Source: Marsupella aquatica
Taxonomy: Eukaryota > Plantae > Marchantiophyta
Length of the DNA stretch: 64,000 bases
NCBI GenBank assembly: GCA_973895155.1
Contig: OZ316891.1
Location: forward strand, 21,961,168 to 22,025,167
Direction of reading: 5' to 3'
The position numbers and the translations under genes were made by a program. The notes below the pieces were generated by a model. The model made no database searches. It was not told the origin of the DNA and saw only the letters and a program-made list of their open reading frames with translations. Within the stretch, counting starts at the first letter, position 1. Every line of letters begins with the position of its first letter. Positions 1 to 11,230 of this stretch are shown one piece after another.

Positions 1-2739
1 TTGGATCATCCGTGTGGGTTTGGCGTGAGGATTCACCCACCCACCCCGAGCGCCGACCGTCTCAAATCGAGGTGCCATGTGCAGAAGTATTGCCGCCTCT
101 TCTGGGGTCATCATATTTCTTAGATCTTCATGTAATGACTCCTCGTCCGCGCCCTTTGCCTTTTCCTTTCCCTTGACCTTCTCAACCACGAAATCAGTAT
201 CCTTTTCACCATACACCCATTTTGGCTTCATCTGGTTGGGCTTGAACACTTCATCCCAGCTGACGTTCTCTTCGCGAGAAATTCCCGCAAAGATAACTTC
301 TTCTATTCCTCCCTTCCAACATGAGTCGTGAGGGTGAGGTTGATCATCTCGGTAATAACTCCCATACTCAATGTGAATAGTCAGAGTTTTTGAATGTCCT
401 AATTTACAAAGAGCGCTTAGGACATTCAGTACAAGGTAACCCGGATGGACAGTTATCATCACAACAATGGTGGGATTCCGTGGTAGCTCTACTATGTATT
501 GGAAGAGTACCAAAATCTCTGCTTCGGTCCACTCCTTCTGTTGAAGTCGGCTGAAATCAACAATTGCAAGAGGGCATGTTGGAGATTGTTCTTCCAACAA
601 CTCCGGATCGACTGTCTTCATTAGGTTGTTACTAAAAAATCTGACCCACGGTTGGGTCCGAGAACTTGTCCCCCCGCCAAACTTCTGACAGTAAATATCA
701 TCTAGACGCATCACCAATGTCATTGGCAATATCTCACTCTCCTTTGTATGATTAGACTTCAATAAATTTGTCAACCATACTTCACCAGCCGCTCTTCGGC
801 ACCTGTTCAACTCCGACTTGGCACCTAACAATGGGAGGACCTCAATTACTTTAACCCAATCAATATCTGCTGGGAAGTTTTTCGGATCCTTCTTGAAGTA
901 GTAATCTCCAATAAGAGACTTCAGTTTGATCAATATCTTCACCTCCTTTGCAAAGTCCTCCATTGCTGGAACATCTGACTTATTTGTCGGATCCTTCTTC
1001 AATAAAACCTGACCTGACTTCACCTTGTTCAAAATTCTGGTCAAATCTCTACTTGATATTTCACCATCAAAACAACGAAACATTGCGACCGTTATACCCT
1101 TTTCGGACCTTTTGTTTCCCTGTGTACCAGCTCCATGAGGAAGATGTCCATCAATCCACATCTGGCACACTAACCGCCAGAGCTCGAAAAGATCATTCTC
1201 GGCAAAGAGCAACCAATATACATTTTTCAAGTCTTTCCTCCCCATGGTCATCCTTGCCAATGCCAAATAATCCTATAGTCAAAATTAGGGGAAAATAAGT
1301 TATCTACAATCAATGAGATTTGACAACAAACTATCACTTGCTTGTTGGACAGAGACCATCTCCATCCAAGTCATAACTAAAAGTAAAAGGAAGAGAAATC
1401 TCTGGAATGGACGATGACACTCTTGGACAGAGATCATCTCCATCCAAGTCATAACCAAAAGTAAAAGGAAGAGAAATCTCTGGAATGGACGATGACACTC
1501 TTGGACAGAGATCATCTCCATCCAAGTCATAACCAAAAGTAGAAGGAAGAGAAATCTCTGGAATGGACGATCACACTCTTGGACAGAGACCATCTCCATC
1601 CAAGTCATAACCAAAAGTAGAAGGAAGAGAAATCTCTAGAATGGATGATCACACTCTTGGACAGAGACCATCTCCATCCAAGTCATAACCAGAAATATAT
1701 TGAACTAAAATCAATGTAACGGACGGTCACACTCTTGGACAGAGACCATCTCTGTCCAAACAAGAAAAGTGTTTCTCACCTGAAATTTTTTATTTTCTTG
1801 GGCGTTTGACTTGTTGTCCCCGTGCTTTGGCTTTCTTGGTCCTCTGCATTCAAGGAATTGTTTCCTTGCATGAACAATTGTATCTTTGAAGCACGATTGA
1901 AACACCATCGTCAAATTGATGGCATTTGATCTCATTGAGTGCTCAACCAATATAGCCGATGGTGTAAGGTCTGACAATAATCTAGACTTCCTGTATTTTA
2001 ACTTTTTTGCCAACACTGTGAGCTTGGCATCAGTTTTGGCCCATTCGAGAACCCACTTGGCCGCCCTAGCCGAATGTTGCCCACTGATGGCAAAGAAACC
2101 AATCTCGCCTTTCTTCACTCTTGCAAGAAAGTCTTTGCGGTCGTTCTCCGTGCTGTCAAAATGGAGCAACTTTCTAAGCTTCAGACTATAAGGAAGCAGG
2201 TCCGCGACGTGAGGTTCATGTCCGGGGTTTTTGACCATGGATTCGGCTATGTGCTTCACATGGGTACTACTGAGCATCCTGTAACATAATCTTGCAGGTG
2301 CAGGCACAATTTTCTCCACTGGAATAGAAAACAGTTCATTTATCCCAAAAGTATAGTACTGCTCTATTCTCTGGAGAACATCATTTCCTTCTAAGACCTT
2401 CTTCTCCTCAGGGGCATCAAGTTTGTCTCCCTCATCTTCTGGGAGCATCTGTACGTCCGCAGGGGTTGACCGCAAAAGAGACTTGTCAGTTTTCTGTTTC
2501 TTCGCTACTGGCTTCTTCTCGGGTTCCTTCGGCAATGTCTCAATTTTCTCGCGACCCTTCCTCTCTCTTAGTCTTCGCTTCCCTACCACTTGTTTGGTGC
2601 TTGTCCCAGCCGTTGTTCCTGCAGTCCCTGTTGTTGTCTCCTGAGATATTTTTCTAGGTTTGGGAACTTCTTTGGGAACTTCTTTGCTCGGGGGGTTCAC
2701 CTTATGAAATTGTTGTATACCATGTGCGAACGCCCCTAT
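1..2739 (-). CDS. ParB/Srx(DndB-like) domain + degenerate beta-class amino-DNA-methyltransferase-like fusion protein; 3' end runs off the window
   Basis: Exon ~2739/2700-1780 (RMLSSTHVKHIAESM...FFAISGQHSARAA...HSMRSN). Phase-0 intron 1779-1273 (CAG|GTGAGA...TATAG|GAT). Then a 424-codon exon 1272-1 with no stop (PLAIVDFSR, GGIEEVIFAG, WVNPHAKPTRMIQ), absent from the ORF track because it has no stop in the window. Start uncertain: the nearest ATG (2723) is 1 nt out of frame. Confidence 0.7.
1345..1759. repeat. 78-bp-period array with 6 copies of the palindromic motif, inside the intron of the ParB-MTase-like gene
   Basis: TTGGACAGAGA(C/T)CATCTC(CA/TG)TCCAA starts at 1345, 1423, 1501, 1579, 1657 and 1735. 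Confidence 0.95.
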
Positions 2740-2930
2740 TTAATCACTCTCTCAAAAAGGAATAGGAAGCTCAAAAAACCCATCAATCATTTATTGACAC
2801 GTGGCAAGCAATGAATCATGTGATGACAAGTGGCACTTTTTGAATTGTTACCCCCTTACTTACTTCCTCGCTACTTCTAAGTACTTCCCTAAAATGAATA
2901 AAACGCCCCTTACTTCGTTCGCACATGATG

Positions 2931-4442
2931 TCAACATTTGTGGAAGTGACCCCCCCAAGCTTCTTTGTTAACAACTACTGGAAGCTCGTTCACCACTACT
3001 GGTGCAACATTTGTAGGCTTGGGTAATGATTCTACCCACTTTTTTGCATTATCCATCGCAAACTCCTCTGCAAATGCAATTTGCTTGTCAAGGCAAACAC
3101 CTGATTCCGAAGATAGGAATCCTGCCTTGTCAAGCAAATTATTTAAAATCCATGTCACCGGAAATGTATAATTCCCTTGGTGTTTATGGATATTCAGCTT
3201 CACATATTGGAACCCATACATTATGTCAAGTGGAAGAATCCCCTTCACTCCAGCAATCACCTTTTGAGTTGAATACGACTTAGGGAAAAAGCCCATTGCC
3301 ATCACGCCAAGTTCTCCAGCACTAGACCACTCAACATTGAACTCTGAAGAATACGCCTTTGATGGTAGATGTAGCTTAACCCATCGTATCCTTTCATGGA
3401 GCTCAAGAATGATGGAAACAAACCCTCTTCCTTCAATTCCAATGAAGACTACAGGTCCGAGTACAAGAGTCTCTTGATCTTCTGTTCTGACCTTTATGCA
3501 CAAAATGGGATCCCATCTCTCTGACGTGCTAAGGAAATCAAAATCAACTCTAGAGAACTCAAGGCCCCAACAAAAATCTGGTTTTCTCTGCTCCAACAAG
3601 ACTCCCTCGGAGCAATCTGATTCTGAAATTGCTGGTTTCAATCCATTTAGATCGCTCCCTGCAATAGTCCCATCCATGCATATTAGTTTGGAAAATCATA
3701 ATTTGTAATCGACAAAGATGAGGTTCTCTCACAGTTTGGACAGAGATGATCCCTATCCAATTGGACAGGGATGATCTCTATCCTCTACTTGGATAGGGAT
3801 GATCTCTGTCCAATTCGTAACAAAGATAATCTTTGTTCGATCAAAGGATTCTGACAATCTTTATTAGGAATTGGACAGGGATCATCTCTATCCTCTACTT
3901 GGATAGGGATGATCTCTATCCTCTACTTGGATAGAGATGATCTATGTCCAATTCCTAATAAAGATCATCTTTGTTCGATCAGAGGATACTGACGATCTTT
4001 ATTAGGAATTGGACAGGGATCATCTCTATCCTCTACTTGGATAGGGATCATCTTTATCCAATTCCAAATAAAGATCCTCAGCATCCTCTGATAGAACAGT
4101 TTCGATCCTCTGGTTGGACATCCTCTATCGTCATTTTGGAAATAGATGATCCCTATCCAATTGGACAAGGATGATCTCTGTCCTCAGTTTGGACAGAGAT
4201 CATCTCTATCCAATTCCTAATAAATATCACTATCTTCTACTTGGACTCTACTTGGACAGGGATGATCTCTGTCCATTTGCACAAATAGTCAACTTGTTAC
4301 CGAGATACTTACTTGGATTGAGCAATTGGAAGGCTCTGGAATCCTCGAGGGCCGTGTCTACCACATCCTCAATGGAGGAGAGGTCTATCTCCTCTGTTGG
4401 CTCAACGACCAAAGACACATGAATAGGTCTAGATGGATCCAT
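2931..4442 (-). CDS. Two-exon gene of unknown function (~285 aa), transposon cargo
   Basis: Exon 1 4442-4313 (MDPSRPIHV...LLNP). Phase-1 intron 4312-3659 (A|GTAAGT...TTGCAG|GG). Exon 2 3658-2931 is in frame with the 248-aa ORF. The phases match exactly. Confidence 0.6.
3736..4276. repeat. Array of ~12 palindromic motif copies inside the intron of the unknown gene
   Basis: TTGGAYAGRGATSATCTCTRTCC in groups of 2-3 at 25-28-bp spacing, separated by ~57-bp self-complementary linkers (TTCCTAATAAAGATC...GATCTTTATTAGGAA). Confidence 0.9.
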
Positions 4443-5340
4443 CTTGTGACACGTGGTCGTATGGACACGTGGAGGATCACAGAGCGTTAGATCTAGGGCA
4501 ATTAACGTGGCGGCTAGGGCAGAAACTCTAGTGTGAAGGCGGAGGTGGAGTGGGGCCTAGGGAGACTGGAAGCGAATGAGGCGGAGGAGCGGAGGAGCGA
4601 AGGCGCAGGAGCGAAGGAGCGGAGGCGCAGGAGCAGAGGAGCGAAGAAGAGGAGGAGGGAAGAAGAATGAGGCCCAAGTGGGACCTCTTGCCTCCTTTAC
4701 CCCCCCCCACACCAAGGTGAGGCAAGGCCGACTCAACACGTGGGAGGCCGAGCTACAAACCCTAAACGCAATGCTGCGTAAATTGTGCCGCCCGACTTGG
4801 TTGTGTGGCGTGGGTGACCTAATCCACTCGACCCTAAACTCCGCCGCTGCTTAAGGCTGATCACGCATCGCCTTATCCGTAAGAGCGATCTTGAATGGTG
4901 ATACTTGGGCTGCTCCGGCTGGTCCTCATTTGGTATTTTTATGTCTAGATTTTCATTCAGTGTCTCAACCAGGTCCGTTCATTACGGAGCCCCATTGAGC
5001 CACTCTTGTTTTCTAGACAGAACATCTAGTTTTAATTTCTTCCACACCCCTGAAGCATTTAGTTTACCAGCTTACTGAGAACTACCCCTTCAACAAAGTA
5101 TTTTATTACTTGGTTTGACAACATAAACTAAGTGAGTTTTGTGTTCAAGAATCATTTCCATTACAGGTAACTTTCAACTTAATTATAGAATATTCCATTG
5201 GTATCAAATTTAGGAATTGTATATCTAAGTTACTTAAGGTTGGGGTATCCAGCCCAACTCACGATTGGGATCATCTCAATCGAACCTTTCTTTGGTCAAA
5301 CATTAAATTAGTGTGTAGAGGTTAATTGTCCGTACAAGGG

Positions 5341-6335
5341 TCTGTCCACCGTTTGGATAGGGATGATCTCTGTGCACCGTTTGGATGAGGATGATCCCTG
5401 TCCACCGTTTGGATGGGGATGATCTCTGTCCACCGTTTGGATGGGGATGATCCCTGTCCGGCTTTTGGATAGAGATGATCCCTGTCCACCATTTGGATAG
5501 AGATGATCCCTGTCCACCATTTGGATAGGGATGATCCCTGTCCGCCATTTGGATAGTGATGATCCCTGTCTACCATTTGGATAGGGATGATCCCTGTCCG
5601 CCATTTGGATAGAGATCATCCCTGTCCACCGTTTGGATAGCGATGATCCCTGTCCCCCGTTTGGATAGAGATGATCCCTGTCCACCATTTGGATGGGGAT
5701 GATCCCTGTCCGCCATTTGGATAGAGATCATCCCTGTCCACCGTTTGGATGGGGATGATCCTGTCCGGCTTTTGGATAGAGATGATCCCTGTCCACCATT
5801 TGGATGGGGATGATCCCTGTCCGCCATTGGATAGGGATGATCCCTGTCTGCCATTTGGATAGGGATGATCTTTGTCCGCCGTTTGAGGTATTTGCTTTAT
5901 GGGACCCCAATATGAAAGGTTTTACTTTCAGATAGGACCGCTGAGTGATCCTAAGTGATCCGGACCTTGAATCATCCATGTCTATTGTTTGGACAGTGAT
6001 AGACCCTATCCGCCATTTGGACAGGGATCAGCTGTGTCTGCCATTTGGACAATGACAGACCCTATCCACCGTTCTGATAGGGATCATCCCTGTCCGGATT
6101 TTGGATAGGGATGATCCCTGTCCACCATTTACAGGGATCATCTATGTCCATTGTTTGGACAGTGATAGAACCTATCTGTCGTCTAGACAAGGATCATCCC
6201 TACCGAACGTCTAAATAGGGATCAGGGATCAGGGATCTTAGGGCTAGATAAGGATTGTTTAGGGACCTATTATTTTGCTTGATGGGGATGATCCCTATTT
6301 GCGCACTGTCCTTGGATGGGGTTCACACCTATCTG
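5341..6335. repeat. 28-bp tandem array (~19 regular + ~10 degenerate copies) of the palindromic motif, upstream of or within a 5' intron of the transposase
   Basis: Unit CCRTTTGGATAGGGATGATCCCTGTCCR at 5349-5880, with degenerate copies at 5989-6335. Candidate donor CAG|GTAACT at 5167 and acceptor TGTGCAG at 6387. Confidence 0.93.
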
Positions 6336-6404
6336 CTTCCTAGTTGGGACCATTGTTAACTAATACCTTACATTTCAAATTGTGCAGGTGAACACGTTGT
6401 AGGA

Positions 6405-9400
6405 ATGACCGGAATATTTTTGAGAGGAGACAATGTGATATTGACAATTGGTGGTTACGATGTTGCAAGCGGGACAGTTCAAAAAATCAACCCGCAAGAT
6501 AGTGTTCAAAAGATATTGTTGAGAGAGAATCGAATGGGCGTTCTCATTGAGAAAGTTTTTGACCGAACCACAAAACTACCATTTCCAATGCCTTGGGCAG
6601 AAAACCTTTTTGATGCCATTGATTCTTGCATTATTTGGGATTTGTCTTGCGCATATCTATCAACGATAACAAATTCTCAAAAACGCATTAGTGTAGGTAG
6701 TTGTTCAAATCGACCGGAGAGTAATTTGGAAAAAAATCCAATTGTAGAGGAGGACTCATCGACCACTCTGAGGCAAGGGGATGAGGTTGAAATGTTCATC
6801 TTTGGGTGTTGTGTAGCCCTTGGAGTTGTTTTCAATACAAATCTAATGGAAAGATGTCACAACATTTTACTTGGTGAATCACGGATCAGTGTGAGGGTCA
6901 CTGATGTCATTCATGGGAGTAGGGTTTTACCTTACAAACACAGCGGGGCTGAAACAATTGACGAAGCAAAAGACTCATGGGTTCTCTGGGATGTGGCAGA
7001 TGTCCGAAGTAGAAAGAGTTTCTCAAAGAAGGATGCGGGCGATGATATCAACATAGAGCGGAGTTTTGTTGCGGAGTCTCCCTCAGCTGAAATTTCTAAA
7101 ACTAATTGTGACTATTTCCAACGGTCAAATTGGATGTCAGAGTTGGTCGAACTATACATCGGTTCAGATCGAACCAATAGGGTTGCCACGGGGACCATCA
7201 CTGTGCCTCAAGAAACGGCGGTGGTTGACGATGAAATTCTTGGTGAGGACCATGTAGGGATTGCTGTGAAAGATGTGGTGGAATCACAATACTTTCCCAA
7301 TTTCCATAGGGGAGTAATTACTTTGGTTCGGTGGCGGATTGATTCAACAAAACTACTTGCAAACGGGAAATTTTTGTCGGACATTTTGGTTGAAGGTTCA
7401 GAGAGGATGGAGAGGGTGGATAGGGATGATCTCTATCCAAATGTAAATGATAGGGGAATGCCGCGCACAAGGCCATACAATTTCAACAAGAGGACTCATG
7501 TAGATCCGATTGAAAAGAAGAGAAGGTTGTTGGAAACCAAAGCAGTTTCAAAAACAACGGAAGCTTCGATTGATGAAATTAAAAGAGAGAATTATTGCAA
7601 GCAGAAATGTTGTCTGACTATGCCAAGAGAAGACATAGAAGATATCCGGATAGAATTTCACGGGATGTCTAGCGAGTCAAAAACATCACACATTTTCAAC
7701 CTCTTCCACTACAGAGAAGATGATGTTCGTGATAAGGGGCACCATGTTCTCAAGGGTATGGTCGTATGTAGACATGCATTTGCAATCATCCATGGCTTTA
7801 GCCACACGAAATATTATGATTACAAAAGGAGATATGTGGAGGGTTGCAAAATTGGGTTCCATGGAAACACGGGCTCCATGAAAACAAGGTCAAATACCTT
7901 GCATGCACGAGCTCTATTGGAGGATTTTTTGACTCGAAATGCAGAGCCCATGCCTCATATACCTTATGCTGGGGCTCATGGGACACCCTCCATTGAGTAT
8001 CGTCTTCCAGCATGTTACAAGAAGTTGGAGATTTTGGAAGATGTGAGAACAAAGATGAAGGAAGAGGGGCTTCCTCCAGTTACAGAGAATACTCTGTACA
8101 AGATTTGGAGCAAATCATTCGCAAACTTCAGTTTCCATAAAGATGGTGCATTTGCCAAGTGTACTCTTTGTTGTGAATACAAAGATAGTTTGATGCGAGA
8201 AAGAAGGAACAAAGAGCGTGCTGAAATTGAAGAAAAACGAGCGCAACATCTTCGTGAGCAGATGTCACGTAGATATGTTTACTATGCTCATCGAGTGATG
8301 GCTAAGCAACATCCAAGGAAATATCTTTGCATCATTCACGACAAGATGGATCAAGCAAAGACATGGATTCCAAAAATGGTCAGTACTCCTAAATCGCTTT
8401 CGGGTCATGGGATGCCACTACCTATTGCTCTCACAGGGATGTTGACCCACGGAAGGGATCCAAGAGTCTATGCACACTTTAGTGTCACTGGCCTTTGGCC
8501 AGGAGATGCTGATTTCACGGTGACATCCTTGGCTAAGTGTCTTCGAGACCTTGAAGAGTACAATGGAGACAAGACAGGTGACATGTTGGATGGCCTTTAT
8601 TTGGAACCTCATAGACCTTTCTTTCAAGCCCTTCTTGACTTTGATGCATTTTTTAAGGGATATTTGGAACCAAAGAGTATTCCAATGAATAGGTATATTG
8701 GTTCTGAAGATGCAGCCGAGAGTCAGACGGAGACGGTCTCCACCCAACATGGTGAGGATCAAGGAGGGGACATGCATGGGGAACAAGGCAGTCCATCTTT
8801 CAAGCCCTTGCCAAGGCACCTAACACTACAAATGGATAACTCAGCAAAGGATAACAAAAACCAGACTGTCATGCATTTTGTAGTGAGCTTGTGAGTAGAG
8901 GAGTATTTGAAACTGTTCAAATGTCTTTTCTAATGGTTGGTCATACACACGAAGATGTTGATGCACTCTTTTCGAAGGTATCATATCAAGTTCAGCACAA
9001 GGAAGTTGCAACTCTCCTTGCTCTTATGGCAGAGGTTTGGGAATGTGAGAGCATTCATCCAGTTCCCAGATTGATACAAGAAGTTGCATCTTACAAAGAA
9101 TATCTTCAAACTTTCAAAGTTAAAGATATTCAAGGTCACTCAAAACCCGTATCATTTCTTTTCTCTATGAGAGATAATGTACCAATATTTCAGTATAAGT
9201 CCCATGTAAAGCAAGCTTGGGCTCCAGTTGGAGGAAGGTGCATTTGGGCAATAGATCTGACAAAAAATTCTCTTCTTTTACCTAGTGGAGAGCCCTTAGC
9301 TAAATTCATTGGAGAGATACACAAAAAATCTGAAGAGATTATCCCATTTCTTAACAAGTACCTTGATTTTTTGAGAAAGAGTTGCACTGATGAGACATCT

Positions 9401-11230
9401 ATAGCATATAAGGAAAGATTTCCTCTTGTGAAATATTGGGAGAGAATTGTGGAGTTGTTGACAAATGGGCTTGCACTAGAAGGGGAGGGAAGTACTCAAT
9501 TTCCCTTGAAAAATGGATTTTGGCCTAAGACTAACCACGGCACTGGTTACAAGATCAACCAACCGGAACAAAGTGGTCCTCCAAGTGAAGATGAGGAGAA
9601 TGCGGAGATGACGGCTCTTCAAAATGAGGTCTTGGAAGAGATGGAAGATCAAGCAGCACCATTTGTTGGATCTCGAGCTGAGAGAGAACAAGGACGGTGG
9701 ATTCCCCTACAGGATATTCGTGAAGGGAACTTTGTATTTCTTCGACCTGAGGATGACTGGGAGAATAAAAATGGTGGAGGTCATTTTTGGTTGGTGAGAG
9801 CTTTGGGTTCGGTGGACCCTAAGCATGAAGTCCCAACTACATCTCCAACAAACCCTCCTATGCCTCAACAATATGCTCCAATGTTTCCAGTCGAATGGTG
9901 GAGGCCTAAACACTCTAAACTTGATGTGACTGAAAGTGCACGGTATCTAAACTGCTTCATGTCCACTAAGACATGGGCCCTGGGCCCTTAGCTTAACTAA
10001 TATGGGACCCCCCGTGCGAACAACTCAAGGGGTTTTTAAATCTTTTTTTTGAATAATAGTTATAATCGCTTATAATGTAACAACCCTTTGTTTTATTGGG
10101 TTCCATGTTATAATGAACCAAGGTGATCTAAAAAATAGGGTTCGAGTAGTTGTATGTAAGGGTAAAGCATATAGGGCCGCCACACGTCAATACTCATTCA
10201 TCCACATGTCATTACATCCTTGGTTTGGGGTGTGCAAACACATTTGAATTTTTGGGGGATAGGGGAAATTTTGCCTTTAGGGGGTCTCGTGTACCATTTA
10301 TGGATGACCAAAATGGTCTGCCGTCGATCTCTTTGATGCTCTATATCAAACGGTGTAGGGGTATATATGGCCTTGTAGGGCCCCCAAAGAAGGAGGAGGT
10401 CAAGTAGACACCGTTGTTCAATGCGTGTTGCGTCAGATGGGGATTCTATGATGCCACAAGTGATAGAGAGAGAGTCTCAATCCAGAGTCACTTATGTACC
10501 TCGGTGTATATTTATCACTTCTAGTGATCAAAGAATTGGTTTAAATGTAATAAGTTTTCCAATGCTTTAGACTCAAAGGATAACTTTCCTCTAAATGATG
10601 ATGAATATGCTCAACAAACTATGGGACAAACTTAAGTGCAATGTGGACTTACGGTTTTCATAGATGACAGCGTAGGATGTTTACAACTTAATTTGGATAC
10701 TTGTATGAGTTTGTTTGACTCTTAAATGCCTTGACTCCTACCTTCTTGCGAGGAAGTGTGTACATAAAGAATATGTTGTTCCTATTTTTGCTTTTGATAA
10801 TGTGAAATGTTTATTCCAATCTGTTTGACTTAGAATCTCTTTGATAGAATTTTTATAACACCTGAAGAGCATATTTAATGTCATTTTGATGAAGATTATA
10901 ATAGCCTAAAGGGCTTTCTTAATGACCCAAAAGTAATTTATTAATACTAATAAGAGCTTTTTAAAAGGGCAAAAAATAGTACTGAAGGGGTTTGGAAGGG
11001 AGGGGCGTTCACAGGCCGGTTCCATTAATATACACGGAGTAAGGGCCCAGGGGACATGGGAACGAGATCCAGGGTTTGGTGAGAACGCTCAACATTGGCA
11101 ATATGCAAATTCTGCAATGTATGGTTTTAAATCTGGCATGAAAGAAGAAAACATGGCGGGCAGAGGTTTGAAGATTCCTCGAAATGTTCTACAAACTGTC
11201 CAAAGTTATCTCCAAAGGATGGACAAGTAG
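6405..11230 (+). pseudogene. Sola-like/DUF7869-type DDD transposase, disrupted by a 1-nt frameshift (~8874) and a MITE insertion (9978-11052)
   Basis: Motifs AKCTLC..H, IIHDKMDQ, LQMDNSAKDNKN and FLMVGHTHEDVD. Adding one G at 8874 gives ...NQTVMAFCSELVSRGVF. Removing the insertion restores ...MSTKTWERDPGFGENAQHW...YLQRMDK* with the stop at 11228-11230. Confidence 0.8.
9978..11052. mobile_element. Non-autonomous TIR element (CCCTG family), 1075 bp
   Basis: TIR CCCTGGGCCCTTA / TAAGGGCCCAGGG. Perfect 8-bp TSD GACATGGG at 9970-9977 and 11053-11060. Excision restores the host ORF. Confidence 0.93.

Noticed and set aside
5303-5979. Repetitive ORFs (VDRDHPYPNGGQG...) and their likeness to the ADRDHP motif of the carboxylesterase
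   Set aside because: They are by-products of a 28-bp DNA repeat cycling through frames; the match to the conserved CXE motif is coincidental.
1345-6335. CRISPR-like appearance of the palindromic arrays
   Set aside because: Spacers are nearly identical or only ~5 bp, there are no cas genes, and the context is eukaryotic and intronic.
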